Shown: positions 8,385 to 17,925 of the stretch, piece after piece
Position numbering within the stretch: position 1 is the stretch's first letter
Layout of the letters: the number at the start of each line of letters is the position of its first letter
Assembly (NCBI GenBank): GCA_964639105.1
Contig: CAZXBW010000001.1
Span: 1-61,007, forward strand
Reading direction: 5' to 3'
Origin: an uncultured Nitrososphaerota archaeon
Lineage (GTDB): Archaea > Thermoproteota > EX4484-205 > JAAOZO01
Length of the DNA stretch: 61,007 bases
Made by a program: the position numbers and the translations under genes
The notes under the pieces: generated by a model
Databases searched by the model: none
What the model was told of the DNA's origin: nothing
What the model saw: the letters and a program-made list of their open reading frames with translations, nothing else

Positions 8385-10985
8385 CTAACTTGGCGGAGTG
8401 AAACCGATCTTAATCGAAGTTACCGTCAACCGAGCGGTAGCGGCCTTTATGTCTGTGGCTGAGACGCCCGTTGGTGGCTTGTCTGCCTGCACTCTGAATG
8501 AGAGCCTGAGTGTCCCGGTGAAGTTCACGGGGATCTCGCTCTTTTGCCCTTCCTCATTGGATAACAGAATCTTGTCGGTGCTGATGTCGAGTGTAGTAGT
8601 GCCGACCGTGGGTACTATGCTTGAGACCACCCTCCCTGTGCTATCCAAAATCTCGACATAGTACGCAGATCCTAGACTGTAGGAGGTACCATTGACGCTG
8701 TAGGATCCATCGGTCTTCTTCGCGGTCGTTATCGTGAAAGCCACTCTGGAGCCAGCCCAGAGGCTGTTGCTGTCAGTCGTTTTCCACCCGCTCGTGCTAT
8801 TGTCAGTCGAGGAAGCAGTCAAGGTGGAGTACGTCTGCTCTTCGATCTCGTAGTTCACCTTGAAAATCATGACCAAACGATCTGTTGACCTGAAGGCAAG
8901 TGTGAAGTATGGATCGTCACTTATCAGTCCTGAGATCGCGCCGTATGATCCTAGCACCAATAGCTTGGTCAAGACGAAATCTGGCTTCGGCAACAATATG
9001 TTGGAGACACCGCTGGTTGAAGCGAGCAGTCCTTTGCTTGCCAATTGGCTCGTGAAGTTGGCCGGTGCGGGGTAACCGTTGCTCGACGGGACTACATCTC
9101 CATATGCAAAGTACGTCGCGTTATGTGTCGGTTCTGTCTTCAGAGAGTAACCTATTTCGGCCATCCATATCCATTTCACCTCGTCTCCCCAGTATCCTAT
9201 CGAGCTGTTGTAGTAACTTCTATAACCATATTCCAGTGCCATGTCGGAGAATACCACAACATAAGAGACATTGAGCCTCTTCATGATGGGCAGAGCCACT
9301 GAATCATTGGAAATGAAGGCCCTACCTACCATAGCGACCTGTGTGGAGTTTATCGTTGCGTTGTCGATTATTGTGGGTCTATCGCCCAGCGTCGTGATCC
9401 AGTATCCGTAATCCCACCAAGACATGATCACACTTCCCGGCGGGGTATTCTCGCGTATCCATGCCAAAGCTTCAGGCCAATCCGGCCACGAAGCCGAGAA
9501 GGGAAGGCTAGCTCCAGCAATAGTGACTGGAGCGCCTGCGTGTTGCAGTCCTGAGACCACGGAGGGAGCCAACAGCCCTGCAACAAGGAGGACAGACAGC
9601 GCGACCCAAGAGAATCCTAGGGCTCCTGTCCTTCTTTTACCATGGCGCATTTCTGTGGGCGATGCTTCAATGCTCTCCGGAAAGATTCCAGATATGAGTC
9701 TCTGCCCTCCGACGGAGCTAAGAGAGCAGCTGAACGGAGAAAAGATCAGACCCAGCCTGACCATCATGGTCGAGAAGTATAGGGACGTGCCTCCAGCGAG
9801 TAAGATGAAAATGTTATCGGCGGTCAGGGACATCACACTCGATACCAGACAGAACCCGAAAAGCAACAACATTGGGCCATGATCGCTGAACAGGTTATAC
9901 CATGTTGACATCTTGTGCTCTGACACTGACTCTATTATTGCCTCCTCGGATCTAAGGGCAGGATTGATGATCGCTGCCAATTTGCCATAAAGCGCCGAGA
10001 GAAACCCTGCCTGGACACCGACCAGCACGAGCAATCCAGCCATTGCGAACACTCCAGCTGCGAGTGAGACCTTGGCCTTGATCGAATGTGTCTTGTCCAT
10101 TTCCCGCTTTAGGAGTATCGAAACGAACGCGGCAGCGGATATCGCCAAGTTGATCGAAAGCATCTCGCCTTGGCTTCTGGGAAACACCGACCCCACGGTC
10201 AAGAAAATGCCCTCCACAATCGAGAAGATGACAAGCATCTTCGAAGGACTAACCAACGAGAGCAACACCAAGGCAACCGTAACCAGAGCAACCAACCCAA
10301 CCATGTACACATACCCGGTCCAAGTTATGGCCAAATACCCCAACGAAAGCCCCGACAACACTGAGAACAGCCAAACGCGCTTCTCATCGTCCGTCTTCAC
10401 AGCCTTGATGAAGAAGAGAAGAGTTAACACAATGAGCGGTATACCTAGTGTTTCGTGTTTGAAGAAGCCAAGGTCAGTTCTCTCGATATTGCTCCCGTTG
10501 AAGGCGATCAATATCGCCGAAACAATCCCGGCCTCTCTAGAAGCCAATTCCTTGGCAAAGTAGTAAACTGAGAGCGCGGCGAATATGCCAGAGATCGGTG
10601 GTATCAATATGGTCAAGCTCATCATGTCTACACTTATCCCGATCAGCTTCAGAAAGAAATCGAAAGAGGCCGCGAAAAGGGGCAGACCAATAGGAGTGGA
10701 TGTGGCTACGATTCTGCCTCCCGGAACCCAGCTCATGGTATCCCGCCAGAGGAGAAATGGAACAATGCCGTTGTCAGCAATATACTGGGCACACCTGTAG
10801 TGCCAATAGGGGTCGAATTCCGAGAGATAGAAGCCGTAGCGAAAGCTGAGTAGTCTTATGGTCAACGCCAAAGACAACGCTGTGATGAGGAGCGCGAAGT
10901 TCAGGAAGTCACTCGCGTCGACCTTGGGTCTCTTCCCATATACCGCTCGGACTATGTCCGATGCTGATGCGAGAGAGCCTGACAT
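8385..10985 (-). CDS. aglB: Archaeal oligosaccharyltransferase AglB (STT3 family)
   Basis: Multi-TM N-terminal half and a WWDYGYWI motif (WWDYG). Long Ser/Thr-rich C-terminal extracellular region. Confidence 0.9.
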   Translation of the reverse strand: MSGSLASASDIVRAVYGKRPKVDASDFLNFALLITALSLALTIRLLSFRYGFYLSEFDPYWHYRCAQYIADNGIVPFLLWRDTMSWVPGGRIVATSTPIGLPLFAASFDFFLKLIGISVDMMSLTILIPPISGIFAALSVYYFAKELASREAGIVSAILIAFNGSNIERTDLGFFKHETLGIPLIVLTLLFFIKAVKTDDEKRVWLFSVLSGLSLGYLAITWTGYVYMVGLVALVTVALVLLSLVSPSKMLVIFSIVEGIFLTVGSVFPRSQGEMLSINLAISAAAFVSILLKREMDKTHSIKAKVSLAAGVFAMAGLLVLVGVQAGFLSALYGKLAAIINPALRSEEAIIESVSEHKMSTWYNLFSDHGPMLLLFGFCLVSSVMSLTADNIFILLAGGTSLYFSTMMVRLGLIFSPFSCSLSSVGGQRLISGIFPESIEASPTEMRHGKRRTGALGFSWVALSVLLVAGLLAPSVVSGLQHAGAPVTIAGASLPFSASWPDWPEALAWIRENTPPGSVIMSWWDYGYWITTLGDRPTIIDNATINSTQVAMVGRAFISNDSVALPIMKRLNVSYVVVFSDMALEYGYRSYYNSSIGYWGDEVKWIWMAEIGYSLKTEPTHNATYFAYGDVVPSSNGYPAPANFTSQLASKGLLASTSGVSNILLPKPDFVLTKLLVLGSYGAISGLISDDPYFTLAFRSTDRLVMIFKVNYEIEEQTYSTLTASSTDNSTSGWKTTDSNSLWAGSRVAFTITTAKKTDGSYSVNGTSYSLGSAYYVEILDSTGRVVSSIVPTVGTTTLDISTDKILLSNEEGQKSEIPVNFTGTLRLSFRVQADKPPTGVSATDIKAATARLTVTSIKIGFTPPS

Positions 10986-11102
10986 GCCGGCGCTCTTTGC
11001 CCGCCTTTTCCAGCGTTTTAAACATATCTTGGTAAACTTGTGGTTTCTGTTCTCGCGTGTGCTGGGCAGACTTAAATACGGCGGGGCAAACTTTCCCGAA
11101 CG

Positions 11103-11528
11103 ATGGGACTGAAGGACCTGTTCTACGTCATCGATAACCTGCTGAACCGTGTGTTCGAGAGTCTGGGTGAGGAGGGAGGGAAAATAGGGCGCATGGAAAG
11201 GTCAAGTGGTCTGCTGATATTGTTCGGATTGGTGTTCTTCATGTCTTTCCTCCTCGCAGGAGGACCCTTCATTCTCGTCTACAAGCCGAGTATGTTGTTC
11301 AGAGCGAGTAACTCCTTTTCTGCCACCTTCGTGGCCCAAGATGCGCTTGAAGAAGGCACCATAGAAGGGTTCATTGTTGGCGTCATGTACTTGCTTGGCG
11401 TAGGAGGCATCTACTGGTTGTACACAGCATCAAGGGGGGGAAGGCCTTCTACCATCACATCGATGATCGCAATCGCGATAGTCGCTATAGCTACCCTCTT
11501 GCTATACCTGATAGCATCTTGGAAGTGA
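11103..11528 (+). CDS. Hypothetical membrane protein
   Basis: About 3 predicted hydrophobic helices. Divergent from aglB. No recognisable motif. Confidence 0.4.
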   Translation: MGLKDLFYVIDNLLNRVFESLGEEGGKIGRMERSSGLLILFGLVFFMSFLLAGGPFILVYKPSMLFRASNSFSATFVAQDALEEGTIEGFIVGVMYLLGVGGIYWLYTASRGGRPSTITSMIAIAIVAIATLLLYLIASWK

Positions 11529-11535
11529 CAGGATA

Positions 11536-12036
11536 TCACCAAGGAACCCTCTTGAGACCCAATTTGTAGGCAAGGTAGTTGGCTCCGAAGTGAACAACGG
11601 GTATGGTTATTAGAAACACGGAGCACCCGCTTGGGTCCAGAGGGTAGCCCAATAGCAGGGCCGTAACCATTGCGCCTACGACGAAATCGTATTGATCTAT
11701 GAGAGGAAACGGTTGACCGGGCTCAAGTTTGAACCGTCTCTTTATGAAGGCGCCAAGCAGATCTCCTATCAACGCACCCGTAGCCATGATGAAGCCCTGC
11801 AAGCCCTGAGAGAGAATCAAGCCTAGCAATCCACCCGAAAGCATCCCTCCCAAGAAACCTCTGGTCGTCTTATTCTTCCCGAAGATAGGTTCAGAGTCGA
11901 TGAACTTGATTCCCATGTCTATCATCGGCCCGCCACTGAAGATGACGGCGCTCGAGTTCGCCAACATGGCAGGTAGCATCATCAGATAGATGCGTAGGGT
12001 CGAGTCGGCTAGAGTAGCAAGTGTCAGGGCTTCCAT
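11536..12036 (-). CDS. carS: CDP-archaeol synthase CarS (DUF46)
   Basis: YLMMLPAMLANSSAV, GKNKTTRGFLGG, GDLLGAFIKRRF, PLIDQYDFV, and C-terminal NYLAYKLGLKRVPW. ATG at 12036 preferred over GTG at 12069. Confidence 0.8.
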   Translation of the reverse strand: MEALTLATLADSTLRIYLMMLPAMLANSSAVIFSGGPMIDMGIKFIDSEPIFGKNKTTRGFLGGMLSGGLLGLILSQGLQGFIMATGALIGDLLGAFIKRRFKLEPGQPFPLIDQYDFVVGAMVTALLLGYPLDPSGCSVFLITIPVVHFGANYLAYKLGLKRVPW

Positions 12037-12065
12037 TCTCTCACACCGTTTGTATTGGGTCCGAC

Positions 12066-12737
12066 TCACTCACCTATCGTTATGACCCTCGCGGAGGAAC
12101 CCGAGAGTTTCGTGTTCTCATTACCCTCAAACTCAGCTTCGGACTCGGGGCCACCGCGGAATTTGATTATCAGGTCCGGCCAGTAGCGCAGCAGGTATTC
12201 CTCGACCGTGTTTATGCCAGAACGCTCTCCCATGGTCACCAATATGTGTGTGTTCATTTCCAAAGCTGTGGTCTTTAGGTAGGCGAAGTGCCTCACTATG
12301 GATGCATTGACTTCCTTGAGCCTCGATTGAGATTCCATGGACAACGCAAGTGCAACAACGTAGTTGTCGCTAGGACTGTCGAAGAGCACCGTCTTTACGC
12401 CCATCCTTGACAGATCGATGCTGAGCCTTTTTAGTGTCCGCTCTTGTTCTTCCAGTGTTGGCACATAGTGGAAGATAGCACGCGACATCAAATCATCCCT
12501 GTTGGTCACGATATCGTAGAGGATCTCCGCTCTGACAACGGGCTTGGAGTGAAGGACAAGCGACCCACCTTTTGACAAGGAGGAACCCAATAGTTGCAGA
12601 AACAGTCTATCCCTTTCGAACCCTGGAACACCAAAAAGTACTGCTGTCCGTACATTGCTTAGGAGAGCATCCGCTTCCGCAATCTCCAACCTCTCAGACT
12701 CCTCTTCGGATATAGGGTAAGCCTTGTGATTGGGCAT
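12066..12737 (-). CDS. RecA/KaiC-superfamily-like protein with degenerate P-loop (hypothetical)
   Basis: VLFGVPGFERDRLFLQLL occupies the place of a Walker A (GxxGxGKT) but lacks the Gly-Lys-Thr. A hydrophobic strand followed by D (VLFDSPSD) resembles a Walker B. Confidence 0.35.
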   Translation of the reverse strand: MPNHKAYPISEEESERLEIAEADALLSNVRTAVLFGVPGFERDRLFLQLLGSSLSKGGSLVLHSKPVVRAEILYDIVTNRDDLMSRAIFHYVPTLEEQERTLKRLSIDLSRMGVKTVLFDSPSDNYVVALALSMESQSRLKEVNASIVRHFAYLKTTALEMNTHILVTMGERSGINTVEEYLLRYWPDLIIKFRGGPESEAEFEGNENTKLSGSSARVITIGE

Positions 12738-12766
12738 TATAAGATTGAAGGGCGTTTTCTGTCGAT

Positions 12767-15070
12767 ATGCATGACACGGAGCTCGCAAGATTCTTCCCCT
12801 ATGATACCTCTCGCCCAGGACAACTTGAACTCGCGAACAGAGTCTACTCCGCTTTGGTGCGGGGCGAGCATCTCATAGTGCAGGCGCCGACTGGCTTTGG
12901 CAAGACAGCAAGTCTGTTGGCAGCTTCTCTGCTTGCAATCGAGGAGGAGAGGATCTCGGTAAATTACGTCGTCAGAACTCACAGGGAAGCTGAAGTAGTG
13001 ATAAAGGAACTCAGGACGATAGCCGCCAGACGACCTTTCCCATTCGTGGCCGTGGAGATGAGGGGGAGGACACACCTCTGCATACTCAGCCATCTGGTCG
13101 GGATCAACTCGGAAGTGGCAAGCCGGCTATGTCGCGCGATGATTGTAAACGGAGGCTGTAATTTCTCCAGAGGAGGAAAGGAGATACCTACAAAGGACAG
13201 TTCCATAGACCCCGGCATCTGGGACTCGGCTTGGGCAGTAGAGGAGGGAAGGAACAAACATGCGTGCCCGTATCTCATGTTGAAGAACAGAGCACTCTCG
13301 GCTGACATTGTGGTGAGTCCGTACCAGTTCATCATGTTCGAACCCCTCCGGCGACAGATCATGAGGAACGGACAGAAACCGAGGGGGCTCGTGGTCGACG
13401 AATGCGTGGCCAAAGGCACTTCTGTCCGTACGCCCGCTGGAGATGTCGACGCTGAAGAGGTTCAGAGAGGCACTGTTCTGACTTCTGTGTTTGTGGGGCT
13501 AGGGCAACATCCCAGGCTGACTTGCAGCTCGGTTCTATTGAAGAGAACCTATAATCCAAACATGCTGATAGAGATCAGGGCGGAAGGCGGCAACGCCGTC
13601 GAAGTCACGGCAAACACCAAGTTCTTCGGCAGGAGACGAGGAGTTCGCTCGTGGCTCGGAGCTTGTGATCTTCGCTCCGGAGATCTCATCCTGTCAGGAG
13701 AGTGTCAGGAAGCGGATTTCGTAAAGGTCAGAGGAACAACCAAGAAACGAGCGAAGCCCGTATATGATTTCATGGTTATTCCCGACCACGACTATATTGC
13801 CAATGGTTTGGTTGTTCATAATTCCCACAACTTGCCTGCCCTGTCGGCTTCCCTTTCCTCAAGGCGACTCAAGATCATTGATATCCAAGAAGCTCTCCTA
13901 GAGGCAATCTCTCTCAAATCGCCACTATGTAGGTTTACCGAGCGATTCTTGCGAGTCCTGAAGGAAACCAGAGCGACCACGCCTGTGACGGTGGAGACCA
14001 GATGGCTTGACGACAGGATTAGAGAAGCGAGCGGCGGCGTTGATCCGATAGTTGTCATTGAGTCCATCAGAACCTTGTCGGAGGTAGCACAGGGTAGGAT
14101 CATATCCCAAGGAGGACTGCAGGAAAGTGCTCTAGCACGCCTTCATTCCTTTCTGAGAGGCACAATTCAGGCTTCTCCTGACGGCCTGCTTCAGTATGTT
14201 CCGCGCGACCGGTTCTCTGACGACTACCTAGAGATGTCGTGGTGGAATACTTGGCTCGGCCGAGGAATGTTCAGGGGGTTTCGATCCACGATCCACGCCT
14301 CAGGAACTAATGATTGGCCCGATGCCTATGCTACGCTGGTGAATCTGCCAGGGAAATACGAGGTCGTGGAAGCGAGCTTCCCGCTGAAGCCAGAGTATTG
14401 TTTTGTAGGTGTGCTGAAGAGCGTGACGAGTCAAGAGGAGTCGCGGACGGAGGATAATTACAGGGAGTACTCGGGGGCGCTGGCCGATGTGATCAACTTC
14501 CTCAGGGGAAAGACGGCACTCTTCGCGACAAGCTTTGAGGTATTGGGCGAGCTAGCGGCAGTTGGATTGGAGTCCAAGCTCTTGGCCAAGTCCTATTGGG
14601 AGTCCAGAGACATGGACAGCTACCAACACGAGATGATGCTGGAGGATTTCTCCAGAGAAAAAGGGCCATCGGTCCTGGTCGGTGTCATCGGAGGGAGGAG
14701 CGGCGAAGGGGTAGACTTCGGACCAGGTGTGTTGAACAACTCTATCGTGTTTGGAGTTCCGTTCCCAGAGCCAAGTCCGTTGATGCGAAGATACGTCAAG
14801 TGGTTGGATGGCATATCCCATGGAAAAGGCAGTGAATATGGCTACGTCTATCCGGCAGTCGTAAAGGCAGCGCAAGCCCTAGGCAGGGCACCTAGGTCAC
14901 CCCAAGACCGGGTCGTGTGCATTCTCGCCGACAAGCGTTTCTCCGAAAGTAGGTTATTGAGCAGATTCCCTTCATGGATACGAAACAACTACAGGGGGGC
15001 ATATGACAACCACGATGATCTTATCCGAGAAGTGGAAAGGTTTTATTCGGACAGCTCCTGTCACGAATAG
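12767..15070 (+). CDS. xpd: XPD/Rad3-family 5'-3' DNA helicase, interrupted by a mini-intein
   Basis: Walker A is APTGFGKTA. Four Fe-S domain Cys are present (HLCIL, LCRAM, GGCNF, HACPY). Motif II reads VVDE|intein|SHNL. The C-terminal helicase domain includes GRSGEGVDF. Confidence 0.85.
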   Translation: MHDTELARFFPYDTSRPGQLELANRVYSALVRGEHLIVQAPTGFGKTASLLAASLLAIEEERISVNYVVRTHREAEVVIKELRTIAARRPFPFVAVEMRGRTHLCILSHLVGINSEVASRLCRAMIVNGGCNFSRGGKEIPTKDSSIDPGIWDSAWAVEEGRNKHACPYLMLKNRALSADIVVSPYQFIMFEPLRRQIMRNGQKPRGLVVDECVAKGTSVRTPAGDVDAEEVQRGTVLTSVFVGLGQHPRLTCSSVLLKRTYNPNMLIEIRAEGGNAVEVTANTKFFGRRRGVRSWLGACDLRSGDLILSGECQEADFVKVRGTTKKRAKPVYDFMVIPDHDYIANGLVVHNSHNLPALSASLSSRRLKIIDIQEALLEAISLKSPLCRFTERFLRVLKETRATTPVTVETRWLDDRIREASGGVDPIVVIESIRTLSEVAQGRIISQGGLQESALARLHSFLRGTIQASPDGLLQYVPRDRFSDDYLEMSWWNTWLGRGMFRGFRSTIHASGTNDWPDAYATLVNLPGKYEVVEASFPLKPEYCFVGVLKSVTSQEESRTEDNYREYSGALADVINFLRGKTALFATSFEVLGELAAVGLESKLLAKSYWESRDMDSYQHEMMLEDFSREKGPSVLVGVIGGRSGEGVDFGPGVLNNSIVFGVPFPEPSPLMRRYVKWLDGISHGKGSEYGYVYPAVVKAAQALGRAPRSPQDRVVCILADKRFSESRLLSRFPSWIRNNYRGAYDNHDDLIREVERFYSDSSCHE
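13403..13822 (+). mobile_element. Mini-intein (140 aa, no endonuclease domain) in XPD motif II
   Basis: Starts CVAKGTSVRTPAGD directly after VVDE. Ends VYDFMVIPDHDYIANGLVVHN, followed by Ser (+1) and HNL. Confidence 0.8.
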
Positions 15071-15076
15071 TGTACG

Positions 15077-16369
15077 TTGCCGAGGAGTGAACAGACAAGG
15101 TTAAGGCAACTTCTTACGAAGCTGGGCCCGGTAATTCAGATCGACGGCCGTCTGGACAACCAGTTTGAGATATCGAGGCAAATCACGAAGGCCGGCACCA
15201 AACCTATTCTATTCAGAAGGCCTTTCGGAGGACAAGAGGAGATCGTCGCTAACCTCTACGCATCGAAGAGCGAGGTTGCACTTTGTCTGAACCTCCAAGA
15301 GAAGGAAGTTCTCAGTCTGCTCGGACGCACCGTGGCAAAGCCTACCGGAGAATACGTGAAAACTGACATGGGCCTGTTTCAAGAGACAAAGAAATCGGTG
15401 CTCCCAACGTTTCAGTACTATAAGTCTGACGCAGGCAAGTATGTGACGAGTTCAGTTTTGGTTGCACAGGACCCTGACACTAAATTCGTTAACATGTCAG
15501 TCCATAGGATGCTGGTCTTGAACGACAGGAGATTCGCTGTTAGGATGGTCGAGGGACGCCATCTACACAGGATATTCGTGAGGAACAAGGAAAGAGGTGA
15601 AGATACCCCCATTGCAGTGCTCGTGGGTTGTATGCCAGAGGTGATGATTGCGGCCTGCTGCCAGTCAGCATGGGGAGAAACCGAGATGAAGCTGGCTAGC
15701 GCCTTGGCTGGCGGGTCTTTGGATATAGTTGAACCACCGGGTTTGGACTTTGCCGTGCCCGCCCGAGCTGAGTACTTGATGACCGGCACCATATCGAAGG
15801 ACCAAGTGACTCCAGAGAGACAGGTGGATATTCTGGGAACTCTGGACTCGGAGAGGAGACAACCTGTTGTCAGCGTGACGGGGTTCTTCTACAAGGAAGA
15901 CCCGATTTACCATGCGATTCTGCCAGGCGGATATGAGCATAGGGTTCTCATGGGTATGCCCCGCGCCGCGGCCATCTGGGTGGGTTTAGAACGCAGAGGG
16001 ATTGCTGTAGAAGATCTGTCTTTGACGCCAGGGAGTGGGGGGTGGCTACATTGCGTAGTCAGCATAAAGAAGAAATCAAAGACGGACGGCAAAGATGCGA
16101 TTCTGACCGCCCTGAATTCGCACGGTTCCGTCAAGGGTGTTGTAGTTGTAGATGATGATGTGAATCCTAATGAATACGAGGACGTAGACTTTGCGCTTGC
16201 CACTAGACTGAGCAACAAGGGGCAACTGATGTGTTTCGAGGGACTCAGAGGATCGACGCTTGATCCATCCGCAGACAAGGAGAGTTATGCTACCCTGAAG
16301 TGGGGGCTGGATCTCACCTTGGAACTCGGATCGGACAGGAACCGGTTCAGGAAGGAACGTCTTGTTTGA
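15077..16369 (+). CDS. UbiD-family decarboxylase, likely anhydromevalonate phosphate decarboxylase
   Basis: UbiD-like length and sequence pattern. Lies immediately upstream of the two aconitase-X genes, the archaeal mevalonate pathway arrangement. Confidence 0.7.
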   Translation: MPRSEQTRLRQLLTKLGPVIQIDGRLDNQFEISRQITKAGTKPILFRRPFGGQEEIVANLYASKSEVALCLNLQEKEVLSLLGRTVAKPTGEYVKTDMGLFQETKKSVLPTFQYYKSDAGKYVTSSVLVAQDPDTKFVNMSVHRMLVLNDRRFAVRMVEGRHLHRIFVRNKERGEDTPIAVLVGCMPEVMIAACCQSAWGETEMKLASALAGGSLDIVEPPGLDFAVPARAEYLMTGTISKDQVTPERQVDILGTLDSERRQPVVSVTGFFYKEDPIYHAILPGGYEHRVLMGMPRAAAIWVGLERRGIAVEDLSLTPGSGGWLHCVVSIKKKSKTDGKDAILTALNSHGSVKGVVVVDDDVNPNEYEDVDFALATRLSNKGQLMCFEGLRGSTLDPSADKESYATLKWGLDLTLELGSDRNRFRKERLV

Positions 16370-16381
16370 TGGTGAGTCCCT

Positions 16382-17527
16382 GTGAGGGGAATAGACAAAG
16401 AGCGTCTCCTAGAGCTTCTCTACCTGCCATTCAGGGCATCTGGAGAAAGGCCCAGTCTCGTTCGCATTGATAGAGCACATGTTTCCGGAGTGTCTTACCT
16501 CAACTTGGGTGAGGCAGGCCTTCATCTCCTGCACGACATCTCAGAGACCGGCATGAAGGTGAAAGCCAGGACAACTCTGAACCCCTGCTTCGTTGAATTG
16601 TCAGAAGAAGGAAGTAGGTTCTGTGATGCCTTGACGTTCGAGAAGCAGAACGAGATCGCTCAGTGCTTCAATAAGATGGGGGTCATCCCAACCTTCTCGT
16701 GCACACCCTATCTGCAAGGTAACGTTCCGAAGCGAGGGGAGCATTTGGCTTGGGCCGAATCTTCCGCTGTCCTCTATTCGAACTCGGTCATAGGAGCTTG
16801 GACGAACAAGGAAAGTGGTATCGGGGCACTAGCAGCTGCGTTGATTGGAGCAACTTCCAGAACAGGGGTGCACCTTCCTGAGGGCAGAGAGCCCCAGCTG
16901 AGAATCGAGTACGCAGGGGACGTGGATGACGAGGTCAAAGCTGGTGCTCTAGGTTACGCCGTGGGAGAGGCGTCTGGAGATAGGATACCATTTGTAAGAT
17001 CCGAAGGCTTGCTGGTGAGGAGTAATACGATCGAGTTCTTGGCTGCATTGGGGACGAGCGGAGGTGCGCCCATGGCAGTGATCGAGAGTGTATCGCCACT
17101 CGCGCGGAGATACCCCCGCAAGAGGCCAACGAGAACAGCCCTATCCGAACACGACATAGCGGAAGTGCTTGAACGGTTCACACTGGGAAACAACCCTGAG
17201 GCCGTGTTGATTGGCTGCCCGCATCTGATTCGTCCCTCTGTCCGAGAGCTGTCTGAATTGAGGAACAGAAGATCACACCTACCGGTCTACGTCTTCACCT
17301 CAAGGCTCACGAAAGCGAGACTGGCCAAGAGTAATATTCTTGATAAACTTCTGGAGGATGGAGTGCACATCGTGGCTGACGCCTGTATTATGTGGTGTGG
17401 GTTGAAGACGCTGGGCTACAGGACAGTTGTCACCAACTCTGTTAAGGGGGCACACTATCTTAGAAATCAGATGCACATCGAAGCGGGCTTGAAGCCACTG
17501 AAAGAGCTGACGAGGGAGCTGGAATGA
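16382..17527 (+). CDS. Aconitase X catalytic domain protein (DUF521), likely phosphomevalonate dehydratase large subunit
   Basis: FSCTPYL and AWAESSAVLYSNSVIGAWTNKESG are typical of the DUF521/AcnX family. Confidence 0.7.
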   Translation: MRGIDKERLLELLYLPFRASGERPSLVRIDRAHVSGVSYLNLGEAGLHLLHDISETGMKVKARTTLNPCFVELSEEGSRFCDALTFEKQNEIAQCFNKMGVIPTFSCTPYLQGNVPKRGEHLAWAESSAVLYSNSVIGAWTNKESGIGALAAALIGATSRTGVHLPEGREPQLRIEYAGDVDDEVKAGALGYAVGEASGDRIPFVRSEGLLVRSNTIEFLAALGTSGGAPMAVIESVSPLARRYPRKRPTRTALSEHDIAEVLERFTLGNNPEAVLIGCPHLIRPSVRELSELRNRRSHLPVYVFTSRLTKARLAKSNILDKLLEDGVHIVADACIMWCGLKTLGYRTVVTNSVKGAHYLRNQMHIEAGLKPLKELTRELE

Positions 17528-17925
17528 AGACACACAGAGTCAAGACAATCGTCGCGGGAGGAGCCAAGGGAAAGATACTCAAGTCAGATCTTCCGTTGTC
17601 ATTCCTAGGAGGAGTAGATCCTGAGACAGGGCGGGTGACCGAGGAAGGGCACGTGCTGCGCGGAGAGATAATCGCCGGAACGATCTTTGCACTACCTCAC
17701 AGCAAGGGAAGCACGGTAGGGAGCTATGTCCTGTATTCGCTGGTAGCTCACGGAGTAGCTCCCTTGGCTATTCTGATGAAGAAGATGGACATGGTGACGG
17801 CAACGGGATGTGTGCTCGGTGAAATCCCGCTTGCTATCGTGACTGACAAAACCTGGTCCAGCCTGAGAAACGGAGGGTCGGCTGAACTATCCGCCACTTC
17901 ACCCACCTTGAGACTTTCAGAATGA
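17524..17925 (+). CDS. Aconitase X swivel domain protein (DUF126), likely phosphomevalonate dehydratase small subunit
   Basis: LSFLGGVDPETG...LPHSKGSTVGSYVLY matches the DUF126 pattern. 4-nt overlap with the large subunit gene. Confidence 0.7.
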   Translation: MKTHRVKTIVAGGAKGKILKSDLPLSFLGGVDPETGRVTEEGHVLRGEIIAGTIFALPHSKGSTVGSYVLYSLVAHGVAPLAILMKKMDMVTATGCVLGEIPLAIVTDKTWSSLRNGGSAELSATSPTLRLSE

